Source: Blastocladiella emersonii ATCC 22665 | Taxonomy: Eukaryota > Fungi > Blastocladiomycota | DNA length: 64,000 nucleotides | Direction: 5' to 3' | Assembly: GCA_025594325.1 (NCBI GenBank) | Contig: JANHCV010000013.1 | Coordinates: forward strand, 620,001 to 684,000 | Shown here: piece by piece, positions 1 to 10,251 of the stretch | Numbering within the stretch: position 1 is the stretch's first letter | Layout: every line of letters starts with the position of its first letter | Program-made: the position numbers and the translations under genes | Notes under the pieces: generated by a model | Databases searched by the model: none | Told to the model about the DNA's origin: nothing | The model's input: the letters and a program-made list of their open reading frames with translations, nothing else

Positions 1-2095
1 CCTCGGCCGTGCCCGGCGGCAATTCCCCCGAAACAAACTGCGCCTGCGGGGGCGCGAGCGTGACGGTCTCGCGGAACGGGACGATCGGCGGGGACACGGA
101 GATCGCGCAGCGCGCGAACCGCTCGCGCAGGTCGACGAGACACCGCTCGAGGTGGAGCTCGCCGGACGTCGAGATGACGTGCTCGCCCGTATTCTGGAGC
201 ACGACCTCGACCGCGGGGTCCGACTGGTTGAGCAGCTTGAGCCCGTCGACGAGTTTGGGGAGGTCCGCCGGGTTGCGCGGCTCGACGGCGACGCGGACGA
301 TCGGCGCCGCGTGCGACTCGAGCGCCGCGAGGGACGGGCAGGCGAGGGTGGAGGATAAGGTAGCGGATTTCAGGACCGCGCGCTCGAGGTCGGCGCCGCC
401 GATCCCGAACAGGTTCCCCGCGCCGACCTCGCCGAGCTCCTCGACGTCGCGGCCCATCAGGATGTACAGCGCGTCGACGGCGATCCGCGTCACGTGCGGC
501 TGGTCGAGGCCGAGCGACGGGTCGTATTTCGGGCCGAGCACGTACAGCGTGTCGCCGCGGCGGAGGCGGCCAGAGTACAGCCGCGCCATGCCGATCATCA
601 CCTCGCCCGATGGCGGCGCCGACTCGGGTTCGGAGGCGGCAGCAGCGGCGTCGGACGCGTCGGCGAGCTGCTCGGGCGTCACGGCGCGGTGATCACCCTC
701 CGAAGCACCGTCGAGCGACGCGGCCGCGAGCCGTTTCGCGAGGATCGCGGCGCGGCGCGCGCGGAGCTCGTCGGCGGACAGCGACTTGGGGCGGTACCGC
801 GGGAGCGAGGCGGCGGGGACCGAAACGAGTTTGCTCAAGAACGCGACGACGGGGGCGTCGTCGTCGGCGGCGCACGCGAACACGGCGTTGCGCAGCGACT
901 CGTCGGCCTCGGCCAACATCGGCAGGGCTTTCGGGAGACGCACGGGCTGGCTGTCGCGCGGCGAGGGGATCTGGTGGATGACGGTGACGAGGAGGGTAGC
1001 GGAGAGCGGGAGCCACTGGTTGAGGAGCGACGCGGCGATGGAGACGGGGGAGGCGGATTTCTTGAGCTCGCGCGGGTTGAGTTTGAGCTTGAGCGCGGCC
1101 GCGATCTTCTCGAGCTGTGCGAGGTCCGGGTCGGGCGAGGGCGAGGTGACGGCGAGCCCGCACGCCTCGTAGATGCGCCACACGTTGTCGAGCATGAACT
1201 GCACGGCGAGCGGTTTCAGGTCGCGGCCCTTGAGCTGCGACGGCTGCAGGATGCGTTTGGTCTTGGGTTCCAGGTAGTACTCGCCCCACATGAAGCGCAG
1301 CAGGGTGGCCTCGTTGAGCTTGAGCTTGGCCGCGTACAGCTTGGCAAAGTACTGGATGCGGAACGCCCACCCGTGGATCGCCGACGCGAAGACGACGTTG
1401 CCGGCCTGCGGCGAGAAGTAGAGGTGCTCGTCGTCGTCGTCCTCCTCCTCGGCTTCTTCTTGCGGGATATCGGGCGAGTCGTCGGTGGTGGCGCGGCGCT
1501 CGTGGGCACGCGTGTCGCGCTCGGCGAGCTCGGACTGGTAAAACGAGCCGATGACGGCGTTGGCGTTCTGGATGATCTTGGCCATGTGGTTGTAGGCCTC
1601 GGTCGGGGTCATCTTGAGCTCGGCGACGAGGCGGTCGACCTTGTTGATGACGAGCACGGGCTTGATGCGCTCGGCCCACGCCTGGTGCAGCACCGTGTGG
1701 GTCTGGGTGCACACGCCCTCGACGGCGTCGACGAGGACCAGGGCGCCGTCGCACAGCCGCGACGCCGTCGACACCTCGGAGGTGAAATCGACGTGGCCGG
1801 GGCAGTCGATCAGGTTGACGAGGTACTCGGTTGGGGGAGCGTCGGCGGCGGACCGCACCGCGAAGTGCAGCGCGATGGCCGACGACTTCATGGTGATGCC
1901 GCGGGCCTGCTCGTCGGGGCGCGAGTCGAGGTAGCGGATCTGGCCCGACTGCTTGGTCGAGATGATGCCATTCGTCGCCAGCAGGCTGTCGGACAGCGTG
2001 GTCTTGCCGTGGTCGACGTGCGCCAGGATGCAGATGTTGCGCAGCTGCGCCGGGTTGGTCTGGATCGCCTGCACCTGCGCGGCGGTGACGGGCAT
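1..2095 (-). CDS. RIA1: Elongation factor-like GTPase EFL1/RIA1 (60S maturation, eIF6 release); 3' end runs off the window
   Basis: Manual minus-strand translation from ATG at 2095: MPVTAAQVQAIQ...RNICILAHVDHGKTTLSDSLLATNGIIS...RYLDSRPDEQARGITMKSS...LIDCPGHVDFTSEVSTASRLCDGALVLVDAVEG...NKVDRL. The G1/G3/G4 motifs, 'EVSTASRLCDGA' and 'LYFSPQAGNVVFASAIHGW' fit EFL1 rather than EF-2. It is missing from the ORF track, presumably because no stop lies inside the window. Confidence 0.93.
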   Translation of the reverse strand, partial: MPVTAAQVQAIQTNPAQLRNICILAHVDHGKTTLSDSLLATNGIISTKQSGQIRYLDSRPDEQARGITMKSSAIALHFAVRSAADAPPTEYLVNLIDCPGHVDFTSEVSTASRLCDGALVLVDAVEGVCTQTHTVLHQAWAERIKPVLVINKVDRLVAELKMTPTEAYNHMAKIIQNANAVIGSFYQSELAERDTRAHERRATTDDSPDIPQEEAEEEDDDDEHLYFSPQAGNVVFASAIHGWAFRIQYFAKLYAAKLKLNEATLLRFMWGEYYLEPKTKRILQPSQLKGRDLKPLAVQFMLDNVWRIYEACGLAVTSPSPDPDLAQLEKIAAALKLKLNPRELKKSASPVSIAASLLNQWLPLSATLLVTVIHQIPSPRDSQPVRLPKALPMLAEADESLRNAVFACAADDDAPVVAFLSKLVSVPAASLPRYRPKSLSADELRARRAAILAKRLAAASLDGASEGDHRAVTPEQLADASDAAAAASEPESAPPSGEVMIGMARLYSGRLRRGDTLYVLGPKYDPSLGLDQPHVTRIAVDALYILMGRDVEELGEVGAGNLFGIGGADLERAVLKSATLSSTLACPSLAALESHAAPIVRVAVEPRNPADLPKLVDGLKLLNQSDPAVEVVLQNTGEHVISTSGELHLERCLVDLRERFARCAISVSPPIVPFRETVTLAPPQAQFVSGELPPGTAE

Positions 2096-2640
2096 GGTGG
2101 CGATCGTGGAGGGGGGTTCGGTCGGTTGCAGCGAGTTGCTCGGTTGCCGTTTAGTAGTAGCAGCGCTTCATGTAGAGTGTCAAGGAGTTCGGGTTGAGTC
2201 GCTCGAAACTCGAAAAGAGAGGGTTGAGTCAGCGTGGCGCGTCACGTGCGCCGTTGCTGCGCTGTCCGACGCGTCGCAATTGTCGCCCACTCCCCCACAG
2301 CCGCCGCCGCCCACCCCCGCTCGGCAACGCCCGGCCGCACGGCCAAAGCGTCCTCGGGGTGTCCCAACGGCTCCAGAATCGATACTCATATCGGAGAGTT
2401 CCTACTAAGCGCTTCGGGTTGACGTGGGTGGAACCCCTTTTGCCTCGCGCTCGGCTGGCGCTTCAACGCCTTTGCTCTGGAGACTTTAAGACGGCGATGC
2501 GGCGTGGAGAGCGAACGCGCCGTCCCGTTCCGGACGCGTCGGACACGCCACGTGCGGCCGCCCTCGACGCGTCGATCACGCGCCCGCTTCTCCTGCTCGC
2601 CCTCATCCTCGCGAACCCAATGAAATAGGCACATGCAACC

Positions 2641-4902
2641 ATGAGCAGCGGCTACTCGGACGACTTTGACGAACTCATTGGCGAGCTCGACGCCGTCAGC
2701 GTCGCCAGCGAGTCGACCGGCGGCGGGCACACGGCCACGTCGCGATCCGTCGCCACCACGCCGTCGGCCGCTGGCGCCAACACCTTGACGCCGGCGGCGC
2801 GTACCGCTTCCGCTGCCGCGTACTCGTCGTCGTTCGCATCCGAGCCCGTCTCGAGCGCGATGCAGACGAGCCGCCGCTCGCGCTCGTCGCTGCCCGACGT
2901 CACCTCATCCGAGTCGCTCCGCTCGCGCACGGGCAGTGTCTCGGCCATGGCGTCGCCGTTGCCGCCCAGCCGGTCGCACTCGTCGGTCGCATCGAGTGTG
3001 CGGTCCGACGCGACCTCGACGGGCGGAGGCAAGTCGGTCGCCGAATCGTCGCTTCCCGCTTCCTCGATCCCGCAGGCGAATAACCCGTCGGCCGCGAGCG
3101 CTGTGCACTCGTCGGTCGCGTCGAGCATGCGGCCCGACCCGACTTCGGCTGCAGCCGCGACGAGTTCGCGTGCCGAGTCGTCGCTCCCCGCATCATCCAT
3201 TCCACCAACGACCGGCCCGTCCGCTACGAGCGCCGTCCACCGCTCCCGCTCATCGCTCGCGCTCCCCGACTCCGACACGCCGCCGCCGATCCGCTCCTCG
3301 GCCGCTTCACCGACCTCGACGTCCATCCCGTCCTCCGCCCCCGCCCCTTCATCGACCGCTGCTGCCCCCGACGCATCCTACTCGAGCGACTTTACCTCTA
3401 CCTCCACCTCCACCTCCGCGACCCCGCCGCGCCCGCCGCAGACCCGCACCACACTGTCCATGGCGACCGACCCGGACTGGGCAGCAGGCATGACGACGAT
3501 CCCGGACCTCGCTGCGGGTGACGTGTCCGCGGCTGTCCCGATCCCGTCGTCGCGCGCGTCCTCGTCGTCGTCGAGTCGTAGTGCGCGGCGGTCCACGTCG
3601 TCGCTCGTCATCGAGATCCGCTCATCACCAGCGCCGCCCGCGCCCGTAACAGCGGCAGCGAGGACGGCGGACCAGGTGTGGTCCGAGGTCGAGGACTACG
3701 TCACGTCCGCGTCGGCGTCGGCCGTCACCGCTGCGCGGACGCAGATCAGGTCGGCGCACGGGTCGCGGTCGAGTTTGGTGGTCCGGTTGCGCTCGGGGTC
3801 TGCGAGAGACCTCGTAGCTGCGTCGAATCCGCCCGCAGTCCAGCGCAGCAAAAGCGGCGAGGCCTCGGTCCCGCCGCCGGCGGTGCGGCGGTCGAGCAAA
3901 ACCGCGTCGTCGTCATCGCTTTCGCGCACCCACTCGGCGTCGTCGCTCGCCAGCACCTCGGCAGCTTCCCGTCGCCGATCTACGGACCACGCCGCGCCCA
4001 CAGCGCCAGCGGCAGGCGCAGCGACCGCTTCCGCCGAGATCCCGCGCGGCGCGTCATGCTGGTCGATCGCGGACGCCGTCGCGGGACCTGTGGTCGCCGC
4101 GACAGATGCAACGCCGTCGCTTCCTGCTGCTCGCGTCGCCCTCGAGGTCGCTTCGGCGGTGGCACAACCGCTTCCCGCTCCGCAGCCCGCCGCCGACGAT
4201 GTCGCGAGACCGCGGCAGCAACCGGTCGCCGCGGCGCCCTTGCCGTCGCGTAGCTCGTCCGCATCGTCGCTTCCACGGCCTCGCTTGCGCGACGGCGCGA
4301 AAGTCTCGCCAGCGGCCGTACTCGCTGCACCGCATGACCCTGCTCGCGACGTCTCATCACCCTCTCCCGCTCCTCCACCTCGCACCGGCGGCGGCGGCGG
4401 CGCCTCGTGCTGGTCGCTCGCCGACACCGCGGGCCCGCTCTCCTCGTCCGCCTTCCGCATGTCCACCGCGCTGCCGAACGTCACCGCCACCTGCCCGCCG
4501 CCCGCCGCCGCCGATACGACGCGCGGCACCTTCACCAGCTCGTGGGGCCTACTCGGCGACGACGCGATGCGCCGTGAGCTGGTGCAGTCGGCGTCGCTGG
4601 TCCTCGTCGCGCCGAGCGTGTCGGCGGCGAGTCCCGCGCCCGCGCCAACGCGGAGGAGGGAGAAGCCGCTCGTGCTCGCGACGGCAGCCGCTCCACCACC
4701 GCCGGCGCCGGCGCACGAGGTCGCGCAGGAGAAGTGCGCGCCACGGGTGCGGCAGCGACGGGCGAAACCCGCAGCCCCGCCTCCCGCAGGCATGGTCGTG
4801 GCGGACCCGTCTCTCGATGTGTGGGCGGTCCCGCAGAAGCTCGTCGACCGGGTCCGGCTCAACGCGGTGCTCAACGACCTGCCGTCGCTGTGTCCAATGT
4901 AA
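2641..4902 (+). CDS. Ser/Ala/Pro-rich, probably disordered protein of unknown function (753 aa)
   Basis: Long ORF with ATG and TAA and C/G-ending codons like the core genes. It has an internal ~40-aa tandem duplication (HSSVASS..AESSLPASSIP..SAVH), recurrent YS.(D/S)F and SCWS(I/L)AD motifs, and a short ordered-looking C-terminus (DVWAVPQKLVDRVRLNAVL). Confidence 0.7.
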   Translation: MSSGYSDDFDELIGELDAVSVASESTGGGHTATSRSVATTPSAAGANTLTPAARTASAAAYSSSFASEPVSSAMQTSRRSRSSLPDVTSSESLRSRTGSVSAMASPLPPSRSHSSVASSVRSDATSTGGGKSVAESSLPASSIPQANNPSAASAVHSSVASSMRPDPTSAAAATSSRAESSLPASSIPPTTGPSATSAVHRSRSSLALPDSDTPPPIRSSAASPTSTSIPSSAPAPSSTAAAPDASYSSDFTSTSTSTSATPPRPPQTRTTLSMATDPDWAAGMTTIPDLAAGDVSAAVPIPSSRASSSSSSRSARRSTSSLVIEIRSSPAPPAPVTAAARTADQVWSEVEDYVTSASASAVTAARTQIRSAHGSRSSLVVRLRSGSARDLVAASNPPAVQRSKSGEASVPPPAVRRSSKTASSSSLSRTHSASSLASTSAASRRRSTDHAAPTAPAAGAATASAEIPRGASCWSIADAVAGPVVAATDATPSLPAARVALEVASAVAQPLPAPQPAADDVARPRQQPVAAAPLPSRSSSASSLPRPRLRDGAKVSPAAVLAAPHDPARDVSSPSPAPPPRTGGGGGASCWSLADTAGPLSSSAFRMSTALPNVTATCPPPAAADTTRGTFTSSWGLLGDDAMRRELVQSASLVLVAPSVSAASPAPAPTRRREKPLVLATAAAPPPPAPAHEVAQEKCAPRVRQRRAKPAAPPPAGMVVADPSLDVWAVPQKLVDRVRLNAVLNDLPSLCPM

Positions 4903-4963
4903 TGATGCGAGTGTACTGTGCAAAACTGATATACAAAACTTGGTGGTGTGCGTGTGCGCGTGC

Positions 4964-5479
4964 TTAGAGCGCAAAGGCAGCGACGGCGCCCGCGACCGCC
5001 GCGACAAGGACGCCGGACCCCGATGCGACGACGTGCGCGGCGCCCGAGCCCGCGGCAGCCGCAGCGGTCGCGGTGCCCGCGGCGGGCGTCGTCACGGCGA
5101 CGGTGCCCGAAGCCGCGGCGGTCGGCTTAGCCGTCGCCGCAGACGCGGAGGTGGTAACGGATCCCGATGCCGTGGCGATCGCGGCCGTCGCCGACGCCGA
5201 CGCAGTCCCCGAGGCGGTGGGCGTGGGCAGATCAATCGGGATCCCGTCGCCGGCGCCGTCGGCCTTGGTGAACCCGGCGGGGACGGCGTCGGGGGCGAAA
5301 CACTGTGCGTCGGCGCAGGACTGGCACGTCTGGCGCGACCGGGCGCACACCTGGCCGCTGGTGCACGGCGGGCACACGGGGATCATCTGCACGCACTGCA
5401 CGCAGTTGCCCGCGTTGCCGAGCTGTGCGGTTGCGGCGGTCGCGAGGGTCGCGAGGAGGGTGAGGGTGAGGAGCTGCAT
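4964..5479 (-). CDS. Secreted, probably GPI-anchored small protein with an Opy2-N-like 8-Cys domain and an S/T/A-rich stalk
   Basis: Signal peptide MQLLTLTLLATLATAATA. CVQCVQMIPVCPPCTSGQVCARSRQTCQSCADAQC matches the Opy2 N-terminal cysteine spacing. Hydrophobic C-terminus SGVLVAAVAGAVAAFAL. Confidence 0.75.
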   Translation of the reverse strand: MQLLTLTLLATLATAATAQLGNAGNCVQCVQMIPVCPPCTSGQVCARSRQTCQSCADAQCFAPDAVPAGFTKADGAGDGIPIDLPTPTASGTASASATAAIATASGSVTTSASAATAKPTAAASGTVAVTTPAAGTATAAAAAGSGAAHVVASGSGVLVAAVAGAVAAFAL

Positions 5480-5840
5480 GGTGAGGGGGCTGGAGGACAG
5501 GGATCGGGGGCGGCGTTAGTGAGAGTTGCGTGGGCGGCGGGCGGCGTGCGGGATGCATATTTACAAGGGGCAACGGCCAGCGTCTAGCGTAGATGATGAC
5601 GATGCAAAGGTTGTTGGTTGGGGAGAGCGAGAGCGAGAGACGCAGGGAGCGCGCGACTTTGAAGACTTCGAAGTCCCCGCGCCGCGCCCCGCACGGTTCT
5701 CGAAGGCGAAACGCTCAGCCCAGCCGAGTCATGAGTGCGCCGCCTGCGCCACTCGCCACGCGCGCCGCCGGACGGACCGGCCGGCCGACCAGGCACCACG
5801 CATCGCGTCGTTCCTCCCGCGTACTGCCACGTTTACACCA

Positions 5841-7240
5841 ATGGAACTCGATGAAAACTTTATGCAACGTGGACCGCCGCCGCCGCTGGCCGCTGTGTCG
5901 CGGTTTGCGGCGTGGCGTGCCTGACGTCCGCGCCACGCGCAAGGAGACGCACGACGCGCTGCTCGGCGCGACTGCGCCGCGGCCGACTCGCGCGCCGCGT
6001 GCACGGCATGGGCGTGGCACAGCTCGAGTACCTGCTCCGTATCGGGACCGCCGCGCTGACTGGTCGGCGAGCCCGACGGGACCCGCCGCGCTGCTACGCT
6101 CGTGGACGAGCACGCCGCTCTCGCTCTGCCCGACTGCCACGCGCGCCGGGTGCCGGTCCGGCTCGTCAAGCACCTCGGCTTTCTCGCCGTCGCGCGGTGG
6201 CGCTTCGATCTCCTTGAACCCGTGCTCGCGGCGGCGGATTCGACGTCCGCGCTTTCATTACATTCCTCGACCACACGGACCTATCCCGCCTCTTCGTCAG
6301 CCAGATCGCCGTAATGCGACAAGACGCTTGACCTGTACGTCCTGGCTGGCTTCTAGACAAAAACGGATGGATGTGGACCGCCGGCTCGCTTGTTGAACCG
6401 CTCGTCTTCTATGGGCCGACCGTGTTCCTGAACGCACTGGCCGAGTCCGAGGACAGCGTCCGCCAAGGGTCGACGCGGAACGAGTTTGGCGCGATTGAAG
6501 CTTCCATCATCGGTTGGAACACCCCGCAATCCGCACCTCGTGCCCGACCAACTCGCGCGTATCTGGTATCGCGTGGATCACCTCGGTCGCCATCAGACCC
6601 GCAGCGACACGCGGGCATGCGTTGGAGTCTGCGGTCCAAGACGAACACCACGTCGTCCTTGCTTGGCACCATGCTGCTTCACACCGTCCTCGACCGCTCG
6701 CCACGCACTTTCACGGCACCGGGCATCACGATCTGCCACACCTGCCCGCTCACGCACCAAGCCGCCTGGCACGACGCGTACGACGCGCTCATCAGCCCAT
6801 CCCTGGCGCCGATCCAGCACGTCGCCGTTTACAGGTGCTGCTGTTCGGGCGACGATGTCTGGGTCCGGCGGCGCGTCGTGGTCGGGTTGGGTGGCGGCGG
6901 CTTCGCCTTTCTTGACAACACGGCAAATGCTTTTTGCTGCACTTCTGAACTGCCGATCCACCACACCCTCGCGTCGGTTACCCGCGCCGACTCGCACTGG
7001 GCGCACGGGTTAGCCGACGCGCGGGATCCGCATCTGGAGGAGCTGTACAGCACGGTGCCCACGGTCCCGATCCCAACCGTCGTCGACCAGGTGGCGGGAC
7101 GGAAGGAAAAGTTGAACGGCGCCCTTGTGGCCGAAGTCGCGCGGCTCCCTGAGATCCCGCCCACGGCCGAGTCCCAGCGCGAACTCGAGAAGATGATGCA
7201 CCAGCTCGAGCAGGGGGAGTGCGTGTGGATGAATGAATAG
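5841..7240 (+). pseudogene. FBL1: decayed copy of the F-box-like family (frameshifts and internal deletions)
   Basis: Family motifs lie in several frames: VKHLGFLAVARW, WLLDKNGW, YGPTVFLNAL, SGIAWITSVA, LLGTMLLHTVLDRSP..ICHTCPLTHQAAW, AFCC. The start MELDE is shared with FBL2. The segment between 'DQLARIWY' and 'IAWIT' is deleted relative to FBL2. Confidence 0.75.
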
Positions 7241-7481
7241 AGCTGTCCTTGCGCGTTGAAATCCGAGGTCTGCTTGCCTACACCGAATCGATTACGGAGC
7301 TTCCACTTGTCGCAGTCCCTCCCGAGTCGACATCGGGCAAATCTCATGTCTCCTCGCGCGGCGCGAGGACTCCCTTGTCGCGATTTCGAGGTGCTTCGTG
7401 GCGAGTGATGGCGAGCGGACCGTACGCAGCGTATCGTGGAACCCTTTGAACGAGGTGAGCGGTGGTCCAGCTTCCAACCGT

Positions 7482-7517
7482 GAAACGCGTCGCGATATCA
7501 TGTGAGCGGCCGCGTGA
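7482..7517 (+). promoter_or_regulatory. Composite ACGCGTCG-N5-TCATGTG motif upstream of FBL2
   Basis: gaaACGCGTCGcgataTCATGTGagcggccgCGTGA, about 115 nt before the ATG. Confidence 0.7.
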
Positions 7518-7619
7518 TCGCGCACCCCTGCATGCACGGACGGGCCATCAGTCGGGCCATCCGCTCTTGCCCCCTCTCCGCCAACCGCTCAGCGCTACAC
7601 GCATACACGCATACACGCA

Positions 7620-9890
7620 ATGGAACTCGATGAAACCTCCGCGCAACATCCAGCGGCGCTGGCCGCGGTACCGGAGCGGCCCTTGCTGCCGCCTCGCGCA
7701 CCTTGTCCACCATCGCCAACGACCGACTCGTCCGTGGCGTGTGGTCGGTGCGCTTGCTCTGGGACCTGCTTCGCTCGGACCACGGTGTCGGTGAGCGGAC
7801 GGCCGCGCCCGCCGTGCTTAAAGAGTACAATTTTATCCTGGTGCCGCATGCGGCACCAGGAGCCGCTGCTACCAGTGGCTGGGGCTCGTTCCGAGCAGAC
7901 GCCGGTGCACGAGTTGCTGCTTTCCGCATTCGCGTCGTACGCATGCGCCGACCGGCTCGCGGGGCTCGTGCGGGGGTTGGATTCGAGCCAGGTCGCGGAC
8001 ATGCTTCGTGTGGCGCCCAGCAAGCGGCAGGTGTACTCGCTTTGGAGCGCCCCGCTGACACTGTACCCGCTCGTCCTGTTCTCGGCGGCGAAAGCGGGCC
8101 AGCTTGCGCTCTTCCGCTTGGCGCTGTCGGTGATTGCGGAGCACTGCCCGGTACTGCTCCAGGCCACGCTGACCCTCGACGAGTGGGAGGCGAAGGACTT
8201 CCACCTGTACTCGCCCAAGCCCGAGCAACACGCGCGGAAACGGGGGCCTGCCGTGAAACGTTACGAAGTCAATGCGAAGCAGCTCCCGCTTCGGATGATC
8301 GAGTACCTCGGCTCCCTGGCCATCGCGCAGTGGCAGTTTGGCATTCATTCTCAAAATTGTGGTCGACATGACGTCGACGGACTTGGACGCGCTGACGGCG
8401 TTCCTATGCCATCCGGGTATCTCGCACAGCATCGACTACCAACTCGGCGTCCTGCGAACGATAGCCGAGTACGAGACTGTTGACTGGCTCATCGCGAGCG
8501 GCGAGACTCGGCCGGTCGGCTCGCTTCTCGAGTCGCTCCTTGCTCGCGGGCCCGACATGTTCTTGCGCGCCATGGCGAAACACAAGCCTTACATCGTCCC
8601 GGGCTTGAAGGAAGCCGAGCTTGCGGCGATCGAAACGCACATCATGAGCTAGATCGTGGGCCAGCAGCGCATCACGCACGACCAGCTCGCGCAGATGTTT
8701 GCGCACGGATTCGTTCGCCTGCGCTCTCCGTTTTAAGCCAAGTTCATGATATGGGGTGTCGAGCATGACGATGCTGAACTGCTTGATGTGATCCGCGCTC
8801 ACCTTGACCAAGAGCGGTGGACTGACGCGATCGTGAAGGGTACGCAAGCTCGCGTCATCACTGATGGGTACCACTTTTTAATCACGCACAAACTGCGTCC
8901 GCATTATGTAGCCTTCCGCGACCTTCGCAGCGACGGAGTTCTCTCGCTTGCACGCTCCGCCACAATGGTCTTTGACTCTTCAGTACCGCACCTGCTCGTC
9001 CGTCTCGCCCCCGACTCGGGCGTCGAGGCTCTCCACGACCAGTTCCGCGACGCTCTGCTCTTACCCTACTCGCCCTCGGGAGCGCCTATTTCGCCCGGCG
9101 ACGCCCTCGCTTGGTTCGTCAGTCGTGACCTGATCGCCGACCCGATCGACGTCTTCGCGATCACGACCAAGACGCTTTCCGCAAACCAAACAAACAATCT
9201 GGCTTCCGCGCGGAGCGGCATCGCGTGGATCACGACGGTCGCGCTTGGTTCCTCGGAGACGCGAGGCCGCGCGCTCGAGCTTGGCACCGAGACAAACACC
9301 GCGCCATACTTGCTCGGCGCCATGCTGTTCAGCGCCGTCCTCGACCGCTCGCCGTGCACTTGGACGGCTCCGGGTCTCACGCTCTGCCGCGATTGCTCGA
9401 TTACGCACCAGGCCGTGTGGCGCGACGCGCTTGACGCGCTGGTTGACCGCTTCCCGACGGCTTTGCGTGATATTGACGCGAATTCTGCGAGGCCCAGGAC
9501 GCGGGCAAGGTCCGCCGGTGCGTAGCGGCCGGCTTGTGCAGCGCGTTCAACTGCACCTCTACAAACGCTTGCTGCGCTTCCAGCAGCGTGCCGCCGATGG
9601 AGCACCTCCTCGCGTCGTTTGCGCGCATCGACCCGCAGTGGGCTCGAAGCTTTGTTGATGTGGCGGCGCCAAGTCCTCCTCCCGTGCACAACGTACTTGA
9701 CGACACGACATCACCGCTAGCCCCCGCGCATCTCATCAACGCTCTGCTCGATCGCCTTGCGTCCTTGGATATTGGCGTGAGCGACGGAACCATGGCCGAA
9801 TTCGTTCAGATTATTCAGATGCAGCCACCGGTTTTTACGGTTCAGGATTGCCAGCAGTTGAATGAGATGCTCGACCAGTTGGCAATTTGA
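7620..9890 (+). pseudogene. FBL2: F-box-like family pseudogene (several frameshifts, two nonsense codons)
   Basis: Family motifs LLLSAFASYACADRL, LRMIEYLGSLA, LARGP, RWTDAIVKG|intron 8840-8911|AFRDL, TAPYLLGAML, CRDCSITHQAVW, NACCASS. Frameshifts near 7680, 7860, 8340 and 9477. TAG at 8650 and TAA at 8734. Confidence 0.8.
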
Positions 9891-10145
9891 GCTTCCAATT
9901 GTTTATGATAAGAAATGCATCCTGTTCTCCACCCGGCCCTCTTTACTCGCGGAAATAGATTATTTCATACTAAACATACCCCTGGGAGTCGCGTCCTTGC
10001 ACTTTCCATTCGTACTTGCAAACTTGGCCAGCTGGGTGTGGGCGGCGAATAGTTTGAGAATCTGGCGTCAAGGGGTGTCAAGTAACTACTCGGTAGCTGC
10101 GTCTCTCTGGTGGTGCCGCACGGTTCGCTCGCGAGGGACAGGCGA

Positions 10146-10181
10146 GAGACGCGTCGGGATATCATGTGGGCAGTCGCGTGA
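10146..10181 (+). promoter_or_regulatory. Composite motif upstream of FBL3
   Basis: gagACGCGTCGggataTCATGTGggcagtcgCGTGA. Confidence 0.7.
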
Positions 10182-10251
10182 CGCAAGCCCACTTCGCCGG
10201 GACTTCGGCGCTCAACTCCGCGTCCGCCTTCCTGCCCCTCAAACGACACCC

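Noticed and set aside
494-2197. Long antisense or alternate-frame ORFs (e.g. 494-2197+, 22105-23208+, 46747-48639-, 60570-62072-, 62869-63915+)
   Set aside because: They are Arg/Ala/Gly-rich shadows of GC-rich genes or promoter DNA, with no recognisable motifs.
7596-7619. (ACACGCAT)x3 tandem repeat before the FBL2 start
   Set aside because: Ordinary slippage microsatellite, absent from the other paralogs.
8336-8429. Possible intron that would repair the FBL2 frameshift
   Set aside because: It is phase-compatible, but the skipped segment (ILKIVVDMTSTDLDALTAFLCHP) aligns with coding sequence of paralogs, so a real frameshift or sequencing error is more likely.
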